A model generated the notes under the pieces. That model did not search any database and was not told where the DNA came from. It saw nothing but the letters and a program-made list of their open reading frames with translations. Both the position numbers and the translations under genes were made by a program. This document shows positions 26,411 through 39,141 of a DNA stretch of 64,000 nucleotides, piece after piece; within the stretch, counting starts at the first letter, position 1, and each line of letters begins with the position of its first letter. This DNA is from Camelus ferus (lineage: Eukaryota): the NCBI RefSeq assembly GCF_009834535.1, contig NC_045707.1, positions 51,648,001 to 51,712,000 of the forward strand, written 5' to 3'.

Positions 26411-27949
26411 GAAATGCAACCCTAAAAATTAAATAGGTTTTGCAACCTCCCAATTACATATATCTATATTACACACTGGGGATTTTGAAATACTCTTCTG
26501 TTAGTAATAAAATATATTTTTAAGATTTCATGGACCACTTAAACTTCAATAGAAACTCATTAAAAATGTAAATTCAAGCATGCCCTTTTAGTCAAAGATT
26601 AAACCTTAGAGGAAAATATCAACATAAAACCCTGTTGATAAATAACAATTCCTGTAATGTATAGGGAGTAAAGTATCATCAAAGTAAGGCATCTGTTTCA
26701 AAAGTCATTTTGAAATATGTTAGCAGGTGAAATATTTTCATTTCAACTGCAGAGAGTTAACATTACATTCACTTTGTACGACATCCAGTGCTCATTTGAT
26801 CTGGCTGATGATTCAGAGGCAGGAGCTAAGCCTAGCTTCTGTTTATCATTCTCTGCAAATTTCATATTACTCTGTGATGCTCTGGAAACAAAACAATTAT
26901 TATTCATCTCCCACAGGGAAAGCCAAGCTGTATATAAAGCTGTAGCAAGTCAGCTCTGTTTCTACAGCAGTATTTTATGAGAAGCAGAGTTTCTTTGCGA
27001 TTTTGTTCAGTAAAGAAAATAATCAGAATGAATTCAAGTTAAAAATCCTTGAAATCTGTGTCACCTACAAATCTAGTAGGTCTTGAAATCACATTTTAAT
27101 TGCAGTGGGAATTCAGAGAAAATTATATACATCTGACATACAGCTAAAAACAAACAAATAAAAGTACAGAAGTATTCTTTGTGTTGGCTTTGCCTTTTCA
27201 GAAATAAATAAGACATAATACAGTATTGACAAAGTACTGCATCACAAAGACTGAGAAATTAGATCAAATTTATCATTAAAGAAATAGAGAAAATTGGATT
27301 TTTTTAGTTTTCAGTTTAAATCCTAAAATTTGAGTATTGAATTATAATAATCTTAATTATACTTGTGGTAATCTCATACATTTTCATGATAAATAATTTG
27401 CATTTTATGGGAAAAGGTAAAGAAACAATCCAATGGCCCTTTTCCCAGTTTATCCTTTGGATCAAACTTTCACTGAATCAGTTAGACCAAAGCCATTATA
27501 CACTTTTACTTAATGTTTAAATAGACATGTTGAATGAGTTTAGTGACAATTTTCAAAGGATACTTTGGCAGATGTGATATAAGTAAAAAAAAATCTTACT
27601 CTTCTTTATAAATGAATTGATAAAATATTGCATAAATAGATTTTACCTATTTTTCACTTTTATATTCCTAGGTGATGAACAGAAGAAAATTCTTAATTTA
27701 ATTCTTTTTACTTATAATAAGATGTTAAGTGAATTAGTTTATAGTGATAATTAGAGCATTCTAATATTCCAATGATGCCAATTTTAAGTTTCATCTGTTT
27801 TAGTGATACCTAGTTTTAGGCAGGATTATTTGAATGTGTAGCTTAATGGAATTAATAAATCCAACTGGAATAAATTATGTGTTTTGTTAAGAAATGCAGC
27901 AATATTTTAAAAAATATGACTGTAGATGAAGCATTCATGATAAACTTCC

Positions 27950-28387
27950 ATTTATTAGGCCAAAAAAAAACCTAGCCCCATATATTCTAAAAATATGAAT
28001 ATTTGACCAGGTTCTCTGATCACAATGTAGTAGAACTATACATCAGAAAAATATAGGAAAAAAAATGTCCTATTCATGTACAAATTATATCAAAACAAAA
28101 CATGAAACTGTTCCTTAAGCAACTCAGAAATTACAGAAAAAATTCAGTCACAAATTGCAAACTCTTTAAAATCATGACAATTGAAGCCTGACATAGAAAA
28201 ATGGATGGGGCAGCTAAACAGTCCTCAGAGGAAAATTTATAAACTCAGTACATATATCTACTGAAAAAGAAAAGAAGGGAAAATAACTTAGGCATTCAAA
28301 ACAATGCTAGGAAAGGAAAATTAAAATTAATGACAGGAAAACATAATGAAGAAAATGGCCAATGTTAAAGCAAGAATTAATGAGTTA
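27950..28387 (+). mobile_element. Old L1 ORF2 (endonuclease-proximal) fragment
   Basis: ttctctgatcacaatg (FSDHN); gcagctaaacagtcctcagaggaaaatttata. Confidence 0.6.
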
Positions 28388-28400
28388 GACAAATGCAAAG

Positions 28401-28587
28401 CAGCACGTTGTTTAGTCTCCATGCATCCATGCAGTTGTTTTTTGCTCTATTCCACCCCTGCCACCATGGTTGACTTCTAGTTTCATGCCATTGTGGTCAA
28501 GAAAAGATGCTTGAAATAATTTCTGTCCTCTTAAATTTGTTGAGGCTTTTTTTGTGCTCGAGTACATGGTCTATCCTAGAGAATGTT
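28401..28587 (-). mobile_element. Short internal L1 ORF2 endonuclease fragment with TSD
   Basis: Minus ORF TFSRIDHVLEHKKSLNKFKRTEIISSIFS; flanks gacaaatgcaaag (28388-28400) / gacaaattcaaag (28588-28600). Confidence 0.85.
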
Positions 28588-28744
28588 GACAAATTCAAAG
28601 GAGAACCAAGAAGGAAAACTTCCTGGTCCTGCTTTAGTACCCACTTTGAAGAGAGAATGTCTGCTGCCTCATCTTGCAAACTTAAGAGAAAAATCTGAAG
28701 ACCAATGAGGTTGGCAGAGCAGAAAGATGAGAGCCTCTGGCTTC

Positions 28745-29100
28745 TTCATTCATTGAATGCACATTTATTGAGTAGTTACTTTGCTCTAGGCATGATTCAA
28801 AGCCTTGGGAAAGCATGGGTGGGAGGGGGGAAAGGTGTAAAAGTCTTTGTTATCATGGCATTTGCATTCCAGTAATTTTGGGGGATGATCAACCAACCAA
28901 AAAAAACTTAGTAAAGCAAATTTTGTAGTATGTAAGTCTCTAGAAAAAAATAAAGCAGAGTAAGGCACATCAGGAAAGCTATAGATGGTAGTGATTTAAA
29001 TAGGTTTTCCAAGGTAAGCCTCATTGGGAAGGTGATATTTATGAGGAGTTGAAGAAGATGAGGGCATTACTCATCTGAAGACCTCAGAAGAGTATTTACT
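28745..29100 (-). mobile_element. L2 3' fragment (more L2-like sequence at about 30150-30500)
   Basis: ttcattcattgaatgcacatttattgagtagttact..gctctaggca; gcctcattgggaaggtgatattt. Confidence 0.7.
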
Positions 29101-29824
29101 ATGAAGCTAGGGATATAATCATATGGTCACATGTTTTTGTAAAAGTTTCAGTTATTAGATTTTTATTATATTCAATTGGGTAAGGTCACTATCTATCAAC
29201 TTCAAATTCTCCTCCATTATACTCCTATTTTTGTAGGGTGGTGTCCAAGTGCCACACACATTTCTGGAAAAGTAGCTAAATAGAAGCTGAGCTGAGGATA
29301 CATTTAATATGATTATATATGATATGAGTTTGGTGGAATATACATACATAATTCTCAATCACTTCCATTTATGGTTATGTTATGGCTAGCCATACCAACA
29401 CAGAAATAGTTTTCAGAAATAATTCTATTGCTAGTGGATACTTCTTTGTGAAAGGCCAGAGACAATATAATGTTACAGATTATGGTGTCCATAATATCAT
29501 TTATTACTGTAGCATCTAGAGTTTCTGATGTCTGTGGTATTTTTCAGCTTTTTAAGAATTATAATTTGTTGTGAATTCTTTTTAATTCTAATAAATACTC
29601 ACTTTTGCCTTATTTTATGGTAATAATGTAGTGTTTTCTTAAGAAAATTCCACATTTTATTTGTTAACACGAAACTTAAAATTGCCCCTAAAAATTACCA
29701 AGTAGATGCATCTTTGGTGTTTCTGTGACAGTAGGAGGAACACAAAAGTATATTACCCAAGTTGTTGGATGCAGTGAACAAAAAGGAGGAGCATAGTGAG
29801 AGATTAACGCAGGGTGGTATTAGG

Positions 29825-30140
29825 AGCCAATAGAAATACATTGCAGGACACGTATGTAATTTTACAGTTTCTAGTAGCCACATAAAAAAGTAAAATAAAA
29901 CCAAATTAATTTAGTAATATATTTTATTTAATCCAATACATGCAAAACGTTATCTTCTAAACATTTAATCAACATTATTATAGGCTATTAATGAGATGAT
30001 TTGCATTCTTTTTTGTCATACTAAGTCTCTCAAATTCAAAGTGTATTTTATACTTAAAATGTACCATTGTTTGAACCAGGCACATACCAAGTTATCAGTA
30101 GCCACATATGAATAGTGACTACTGAAATGTACAACACAAT
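29825..30140. mobile_element. MER33-like hAT element
   Basis: ccaatagaaatac..gtatgtaattt...tttctagtagccacat; catactaagtctctcaaattc; cagtagccacatatg. Confidence 0.8.
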
Positions 30141-30919
30141 ATTAGAACATGTAACTTAATTAAATGGACAGGGAGTGGAGGGCTGTCAGTAGAGATGGGG
30201 CATGATCTGATTTTCGATATTAAAAGATCACTCTGTAGTTAAGAATAGACTTTAGAGACATAAGGTTTGAAGTAGAGAGATAGATTAGGAGGCTATTGCA
30301 GTAATTCAGCAGGAGAGGATGGTGCTTTAGATCAAGATGGTAATGGATCTAGTAAAATATAGTCAGATTCTCTATATATTTCAGTGGTTCAGACATCAGG
30401 GTTTGCTGGTGAATAAAATGAGAGAAAGAGAAAAATTGTTATGAGAATTGGACAGATGATAATGTTATTTATTGAGATAAGGAAGATTATAATAAGAACA
30501 GGTTTAAGTTATTTGCTTGTTTATTATTTTTTGTGACATCATTGAGCGAGTAAACCAAACCAACCTTAACTCTTTATACAAGATTATAAATGTCTTTATT
30601 TTGTAAGTCATTTTGAGTTGTATTTCTATTCTTTACAACTAAAAGACGAATACACATATTATTAAAGGTATGGTAATAGTTTATTTTATTTTTCTACATT
30701 TTTCATAACCCTATATCCCAATAAACAAAACATAAACATCATAAGTTTAAAAAAAAAAGCTTTGGATAATGACTGATACTGAATTCTATATAAATAAAAT
30801 GACTACATGCCTGGTTATACTTGGGCAGGGCCAACTTATGTCTGCTTTCTCAGTATAAACTGATAGTAGCCCCTTTCATTTTCAAAACTCCTGGTTTGGG
30901 TGGTAAATTACCTACTTGC

Positions 30920-31408
30920 TGTATATTATCTATTACAACAATATTGTCTTGTTATAAACCACCTCCAAACTTGGTGGCTTCAAATAACGACTATTTATTA
31001 CTTTTCAGGAATCTGAGATTAGTTGAGTGGATCGGCTGATTGAGCCAGTTTGGATGCTCTTAGCTAGGCATATGTTTCTGTGGTCAGCTAGCAGGCTGGC
31101 TAGTACCTGACTGGTCTAGCATGAGCTAAGCTGAAATGACTTGTCTGTTTCACTTGGTCTTTCCACCTCTAGAAATCCATCCCTACGCTTGTTCTTATGG
31201 TGGATTTCAGAGTTTCGGGAGGGTAAATAGAAGCATACAAGCTCAAAAGTAGCACACCATCATTTTCGCTAGTAAAGTAGCATATTCTGTTGGCTAAAAA
31301 AACCACAAGGCCAGCCAAGAGTCAATGGGCAAGAGGACGATTAAGTTACAAGGCAAAGGTTGCTAGATATGGTCAACTCACTAGTTGGATGCATCAGTGC
31401 AATCAACC
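30920..31408 (-). mobile_element. MaLR LTR (MLT1H-like)
   Basis: taaaccacctccaaacttggtggcttcaaataac; ctgactggtctagcatg; catattctgttggct...cacaaggccagcc. Confidence 0.75.
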
Positions 31409-32926
31409 AGTTATATGTATGTGCGTGTGTATGTGTATATATATAGTATTTGATATTTGTCTCTTCCTTAAGTTCCCTCATTTTTCTGTAGTCAACATGT
31501 CTTGTTAGAAACACAATTTTGAAATAATCATTAAAATTTTTATATATATTTTATAATACTTTATATTCTGAGGTCTCTACGTTGGACTCACAGAAATACA
31601 CTTGATGCATTCCTCTGTGTAATATTCATTTTCTTTATATTTTTATCCAAGATATATTTCCATGAAAATGTCCAAATTCTCCTGAATTTTTAAAATTCTG
31701 ATAAAGATGGAATTATCTTTTTGTCCTCTCCTTCTTCAAATATGTTATTCCTTTCTTTATAAGTAAGCATGCTGGAAAAATATCAGAGTCATCTGACAAA
31801 GCTTGCCAGAGAGATGATTTGTATTTTAAAATTCAAATAATTATTATAATCCAATAAGTATTTATTTGACAACTGCCATATGCCTTTGATTGCAAACCGT
31901 AAGAGTATTCAGGAAGCCATATATTGACTTGTATCCCTTCAATAACAGATACAGTGTTTTCTTTTATTACCTAGTTTCTGTTCTCCTCACTGTTCCTCCA
32001 TAGCACTGTTCTCTATAATTTTATGCTATATAATGCCACCTGGTAAAATAGTACTTAAGGATCTTGACATATATTCAATATTAAAGCTCTCTACTAAGTA
32101 AAATGGCTTAGTATAATGTGTATTTATAATATAGTGTTCTAGAATTGCAGCATCACCTTACTGGAAAATTTTTCTACCCAGATGAACTCTTTTTCAAAAT
32201 CTCCTATTCCTTTAAAAATAGATTTCTCATTTTTGGCTTATTACATTGATGCTACTGGAACTTCAGAAGCACAAAATCTCCTATGTATATAGATAGGTAA
32301 TCCTAAAATAAAGTTTTTAGAATCATTATTCCTAAAATTGGTACCTAGCATAGGATCACAAAATTATCAACTGAAGCCAGAACTTTCCTATCTCCTTGCT
32401 CAGTGGAAGAGTTTTTAGTGTTTTTACAGTGTAAAAACCATTAAGGGATCCTCATGAACCAACCATCCCCATGTCAAAAAATGCCTTGAATAAAGAGATA
32501 TAGTATATTTTAATTTTCTTCATAAAATACAATTTTGTAAACTTTCTCAGAATATGGAGGAAAGAATACATCAGTTCCCTTTATTTACCTTCAGCTTTAA
32601 CAGATAATATCACATCAAAACAGAGTATTATTATTTTCCTTAATTTTAAATATTAAGAATTATTTTTTTACATTTTGACTTTTTAGAGTGTATGATCCAC
32701 GAAGCTTTTATATAGTTGTGGAAAACCCATAGAAATACTTACACACATGCACACCCAGGTGGAAATAGTATGTGCCAGTAATCCTTCAGTATAGTAAATG
32801 GGGGAATGGAATAAACGTATACATTTTTTCATTTGTAAGAGGTGCACACAAGAGAATGTCTGATTTGTTTATGGATTATTCTATAATGAAGCCATCTGTA
32901 ACAAAGAACAAAAAACAGTCAAGGAT

Positions 32927-33012
32927 GGGGAAGGTATAACTCAAGTGGTAGAGTGCATGCTTAACATGCATTAACCTCCTCCAAAAATAAATAAACCTAA
33001 TTATCCCCCACG
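32927..33012 (+). mobile_element. tRNA-derived SINE (camelid-type), B-box region missing
   Basis: ggggaaggtataactcaagtggtagagtgcatgcttaacatgca (A box) then acctcctccaaaaataaataaacctaatta tail; no GGTTCRA B box. Confidence 0.75.
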
Positions 33013-33107
33013 AAAATGGATCACTGATTGTTAATATAGTCATTCAAGCCATGTTACAATAATATATCTGATGGAAAAGCATAGTTGTCAAATAACAGTA
33101 TGATACC

Positions 33108-33933
33108 CTTTTTTTTAAATTGAAGTATAGTCAGTTACATGTCAATTTCTGATGGACAGCATAATGTCCCTGAAGTATAGTATGTTACAATGTGTCAATT
33201 TCTGGTGGACAGCAAAGTCATGCATGTATATATATGTATACACACACATACTCATTTTCATATTCTTTTTCATTAAAGTTATTGTTATCACAAGATATTG
33301 AATACAGTTCCCTGTGCTATGTAGAATACATTTGTTTTTTATATATTTTAATGTACAGTGGTTAACATTTGCAAATCTCAAGCACCCAAATTCAGCCCCT
33401 TTCCTAGGTAACTGTAAGATTGTTCACTGTGTTTGTGAGACTGTTTCTTTTGTAGCTGAGTTCATTAGTTCACTTTTTTTTTTTTTTAAGATTCCACATA
33501 TGAGTGATCTCATATGGTATTTTTCTTTGTCTTCCTGGCTTACTTCACTTCGAATGATAATCTCTAGGTCCATCCATGTTGATGCAGATGTCATTATTTT
33601 ATTCTTTTTTATCACTGAGTAGTATTCCATTGTATAAATATACTACAATCTCTTATCTAGTCATCTGTCAATGGACATTTAGGTTGCTTCCATGTCTTGG
33701 CTATTGTATATAGTGCTGCTATGAACATTGAGGTCCATGTATCTTGTCAAATGAGAGTTCCCTCCGGTTATATATTCAGTAGTGAGATTGCTGGATCATA
33801 TAAGTCTATTTTTAGTTTTTTGAGGAATATCCATACTGTTCTCCCTAATGGCTGTACCAAACTATGTTCCAACCAGCAGTGTAGGAAGGTTCCCTTTTCT
33901 CCACACCCTTTCGAACGTTTATCATATGTGGAC
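33108..33933 (-). mobile_element. L1 3' end (older copy): ORF2 C-terminus and 3'UTR
   Basis: Poly-T then aattgaagtatagt; minus ORF MEYYSVIKKNKIMTSASTWMDLEIIIRSEVSQ. Confidence 0.9.
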
Positions 33934-35703
33934 TTTTTTTTTAACATTTTTTATTGATTTATAATCATTTTACAATGTTGTGTCAAATTCCAGTGTAGAG
34001 CACAATTTTTCAGTTACACATGAACATATATATATTCATTGTCACCTTTTTTTCTCTGTGAGCTACCATAAGATCTTGTATATATTTCTCTGTGCTATAT
34101 AGTATAATTTTGTTTATCTATTCTACAATTTTGAAATCTCAGTCTATCCCTTCCCACCCCCCACCTCCTTGGCAACCACAAGTTTGTATTCTGTCTATGA
34201 GTCTATTTCTGTTTTGTATTTATGCTTTGTTTGTTTTTTTAGATTCCACATATGAGCAATCTCATATGGTATTTTTCTTTCTCTTTCTGGCTTACTTCAC
34301 TTAGAATGACATTCTCCAGTAACATCCATCTTGCTGCAAATGGCGTTATGTTGTCAGTTTTTATGGCTGAGTAGTATTCCATTGTATAAATATACCACAG
34401 CTTCTTTATCCAGTCATCTGTTGATGGACATTTAGGCTGTTTCCATGTCTTTGCTATTGTAAATAGTGGTGCTATGAACACTGGGGTGCAGGTGTCATGT
34501 TGAAGTAGGATTCCTTCTGGATATATGCCCAGGAGCGGTATTCCTGGGTCATATGGGAAGTCTATTCCAAGTCTTTTGAGGAATCTCCATACTGTTTTCC
34601 ACAGTGGCTGCACCAAACTGCATTCCCACCAGTAGTGAAGGAGGGTTCCCTTTTCTCCACAGACTCTCTAGCATTTGTCATTTGTGGATTTGTGAATGAC
34701 GGCCATTCTGACTGGTATGAGGTAATACCTCATTGTAGTTTTGATTTGCAGTTCTCTGATAATTAGCAATATTGAGCATTTTTTCATGTGCCTAATGGCC
34801 ATTTGTATGTCTTCACTGGAGAATTGCTCGTTTAGGTCTTCTGCCCATTTTTGTATGGGGTTGTTTGGTTTTTGTTGTAAAGTTGTATGAGGTGTTTCTA
34901 TATTCTGGAAATTAAGCTTTTGTCAGTCACATCATTTGCAAATTTTTTTTCCCATTCTGTAGGTTGTTTTGTTTTGCATATGGTTTCCTTTGCTATGCAA
35001 AAGCTTATAAGTTTAATTAGGTCTCATTTGTTTATTTTTGCTTTTTTTCCCTTTACTTTAGGAGATGGATACAAAAATACTGCTACAATTTATGTCAAAG
35101 AGTGTTCTGCCTATGTTTTCCTCAAGGAGTATTATAAGATCCCATCTTACATTTAGATCTTCAATCCATTTTGAGTTTACTTTTGTATATTCTCTAATTT
35201 CATTCTTTTACATTTAGCTGTCCAGTTTTTTCAGCATCACATACTGAAGAGCCTGTCTCTTTTCCATTGTATATTCTTGCCACCTTTGTCATAGATTAAT
35301 TCATCATAGTGTGTGGGCTTTTGATTCTGTTCCATTGATCTATGTGCCTGTTATTGTGTCGGTATCATACTGTTTTGATTACTGTAGCTGTATAGGATAG
35401 GCTGAAGTCAGACAGCATGATTCCCCCAGCTCTGTTCTTTCTCAAGATCGTTTTGGCTATTCAGGGTCTTTTGTGTTTCCGTACAAATTTTAAAATTATT
35501 TGTTCTAGTTCTGTGAAAAATGCCATTGGTATTTTGATAGAGATTGCATTGAATGTATAGATTGCCTTGAGTACTATGGTCATTTTAACAATATTAATTA
35601 TTCGATTCCAAGAACAGGTTATATCTTTACATCTGTGTTACCTTCAATTTCTTTCACCAGTGTCTTATAGTTTTCCAAGTACAGATCTTTTACCTCCTTA
35701 GAT
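33934..35703 (-). mobile_element. L1 with younger, camelid-type 3' end, continuing into ORF2
   Basis: ttttttttaacattttttattgatttataatcattttacaatg tail; ORF 34239-34616 [14 protein letters not shown]...WKQPKCPS...EYYSAIK; ORF2-like sequence to about 35703. Confidence 0.9.
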
Positions 35704-36555
35704 AAAAGGAGTTTTATTATCATTGATTCCATCCTATTCAATAAGTTTATTAAGAACAATGTTAAAGACAAGTAATAGCTTATCAAATTTTCTTAATACT
35801 GCTACAGGAATAATACACATGTTAGGAAGAAGAATCAAAATACAAGTTTCTTTATTAAATATATATAGAGATATATCTGCTCCTATATATATGTATCTAT
35901 ATGTATCTGTATATATATGTGTGTGTATATATAATATCTATGTTTGTCTTGCAGTCTCTTTTTAATTCCCTGTAGCGGGGATATTTCTTCCATTGCCTCA
36001 GGTGAAACCTTGAGCAAGTACCATAAATTTTGTCATTTTTCTCTTAGAGAATAAGTCTAAAAGTCCTTTTAGTTTATAAAATTAGTCTCACTTTACTAAT
36101 TAAAATGACCAATCTTGGATCAAAATCAAAATTCTGAACTTGATTCAAAGCTAAGGCTTTTGCAATGTGCTGGTTTCAGCCTGCACCAGGTAAGAAGCCA
36201 GAAATTGAATAAGGAGGGTGTGATTACCTTCTTCATTCTTTCCTCATTTAGGCTCTTCCACTGGTCCCATTCAGCCATATCTTCTTAACTTCTGTTTGTG
36301 ACCCTTTCATGTTTTGAACTTGGAAAGAAAAGAGAAGAAGGAGAGAAAAAGGAAGAATCCTTCTGACTGGGTAAGTACAGACAGAGTGATCCTGCATTGT
36401 CATGCACTACGTTTGATATTGACTCATTGTTCCATGAGCATTTTACCATAGATAGGTCAGAAGGCCCCCCCACACCCCTAGCAAAGGGAGTCTGTCATCT
36501 GCTGTTCACTAAACAAGGGTCAAGATTTTCTATTTTGTTTGTTACTTGTTCTATT

Positions 36556-36813
36556 ATTTTATTTTTACTGAAATATAGTTGATTTACAATATTGTTAGTT
36601 TCAGGTGTATAGCATATTGATTCAATTATACATATATATATATATTCTTTTTCATTATTGGTTATTACAAGATACTGAATATAGTTCCCTGACTAAACAG
36701 TAGGACCTCACTGTTTTATCAGTTTATACATAGTTGTTAGTATCTGAAAATCCTAAACTTCTAATTTATCCCTCCCATCATAAGTTTGTTTTCTATGTCT
36801 GTGAATCTATTTC
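36556..36813 (-). mobile_element. Short L1 3'UTR terminal fragment
   Basis: tgaaatatagttgatttacaatattg..tttcaggtgtatagca; ggttattacaagatactgaatatagttccctg; cataagtttgttttctatgtctgtga. Confidence 0.85.
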
Positions 36814-37389
36814 TTATATCCTGTGTTACCTTCATTTTCTTTCCACTAAGGTTTTATGCCTCCCCATTAAATCTCCTTTGACAGGACTTGACAAACAACT
36901 TTTATTTTATGTGAATGGCTCACATCAGATCCATGAGAAATATTTATAATCCCTGTTGGGAGAATATTTTCAAATTCATGCCCCCACCAAGAGAAAAATG
37001 TCCACTGCTCTTTAGTTCCATGATAAAGTAGCTAGCCCACCTGTCTTTTACTCACCAGACCTTCCAGATAGGAGTAAAACACCAGTTTTGTATGTCAGCA
37101 CACATATTAGCTGTCCAGGAATCCCATTAAACCTCCCATCCCTGGGAATGATTCTCTGATCCTCCTCTCAGTATCAACTCTTGATTCTTCAATAACCTTT
37201 ATGTTTCCAAGGAGTCATCTTCGACTTTCCCTTTCTCAGGTTTTATTATCATACAGTTATAATACCCTGTTAGTTTTTCCTTACATACTGTTCTAGATTT
37301 GGGCTACTTTCCCTTATTTCCACAGCTTCCCAAATCATCCAATTTACCATCATCTTACCTACTAAGATCTCCTAGCATCAACTCAAAAC

Positions 37390-37580
37390 GCTGACAGTTG
37401 CTCCTCATCCCCTATTCTGCTTTATTTTTCTCTATAACGCATTATCTATCTATTTGTCTCTTGCCACTAGGATGTAAGCCCCATGACAGCAGGGACTTTA
37501 TTCTGTTCACAAATTTCACCTAGTTAATAGTGCCTGGCACATAGTTGATCTCAGTAACTATTTTTTGAATGAATAACTGA
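37390..37580 (+). mobile_element. L2 3' end
   Basis: actaggatgtaagccccatgacagcagggactt...tagtgcctggcacatagt...ttgaatgaat. Confidence 0.85.
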
Positions 37581-39141
37581 AAAAGTTTTAATTTTAATTA
37601 TCAATAAGTAGTTATTACTTCTTGGTCATTTTGATTAACTTGTTTGTGGAGTAGTCTTATTCTTATTTAAAGCTCTAAGAAATCATTTTGGTCAACTCTG
37701 GCTAGTACAAATGTGTCCATTATTTTGTATCCATTTGAAGCAAGATAAACCCTTGAGGATATTCCACTATTTTAATGTAAACATTTCTAGAGAGTATTTT
37801 ATAATTAGTTTGTTCTAAGCAGTACCTAATAACATAGATGGTTAGTAATGCTATTATGAGACATGTTTCTTTAATTCTAGGCATGTAATTCAAATGTAAG
37901 TTTAAAAAGTCTAAAAAGCATTATTTATTGTTTCATTGCCTCTTACTTAATAATTGTTCCTGAAATGGCATTACACAGCAAATATTTACTGAGTTCCTAA
38001 TATATGTAAGGTCCTTTGTTAGGCAGTTTGAGAAATTCTAAAATAAACAGAACATATATGCTATCTCTAGCAGAAGGTCTGCAAATATGGACTGGAACTC
38101 ATCTGAAAGATGTTTGTGTGTGTGTGGAAAGTGGTGACAGGGTTGGGAGGGCAGTGGATGAGAGAAAAGAAATGCAGTTCAGATTTTTAAAATAACTTTT
38201 TTCACAGTGGGAATGGTGACCCCAATAGTGAGCTTCTGTCACTCTATTTACATTGTTTGGCATGTTTATAAACAACAACTTTCATATTTATAGAAATAAT
38301 ACGGAAAGAAAAAAAAACCCATCTTGGTTTCTAGGCAAAAGTAGTTAAACACGGGATTTGTAGATACTGCTTGTAGATGTGTGTCAGTCTCCAGAACTGG
38401 CAGATACCTTGGCATACTTTGCTTAAGAACAGTACGTAATAGTCACGGTCTGCCTATTCCATCTGTTGTCCGCGAGAGAAAAAATCCATTGCATGGAGTG
38501 ATTAGGATTATCAGATTACATGTTGGGGATTTTCTGATGTTTTCCCATGATGTCAAGAAATATAAAACAAATCAGCCTGAAAGAAAATGTGCTTAATTAG
38601 AACTAATGTAGTGGGCAGTCAAGTCTGAGATGTTGTTTAAATGCTGTTATCCTTGATGGGCCATCAAGTGCAGCTTGAAATGAGTAATAAGAATGGGAAA
38701 GACTCTCTTGAACCAGTGAGTGTTGGAAGCAAGGTCGAAATTGAGTAAACAGCTGAAATAATTGAAACACCTAACAAAGTTGATTGGTTTTGGCTCAATA
38801 ATTAGAATTAGTAGCAAAGGATTATTTTGGAGGGGAAGGCATAATTAAAATATGCCAAAGAGTGAGATTAGCTAAATTTAGTCTGGATATTTGGCTCTGA
38901 GGGTTTAGAAATGGGGCAGATCTTAGAAGTGCCAAGAAAGAAGAGGCCTATTAAACTGCCGTTATAAACTGACAAACATCATTTCATATTAAGGGAGTTA
39001 ATTCTTAGATCACGTTTGGCTTTAAAGCCGGCTGCCTGTAAACATGTGCACCATTTTAAACAGCACATCTGTGACGCTTTTGTGAGAGTGGACTTTGTCA
39101 GCTCCTGTTCTCTGGTCAGGAGGTTCATTAACTACGCTCAC

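Noticed and set aside
28460..28469. Perfect Kozak gccaccatgg
   Set aside because: Lies inside an antisense L1 fragment with no substantial ORF following
32927..32970. Functional tRNA gene
   Set aside because: No T-arm/B box or acceptor stem; followed by a SINE tail
37976..37992. Palindromic FOX dimer-like site caaatatttac
   Set aside because: Falls in an L2-like 3' tail where this text is common
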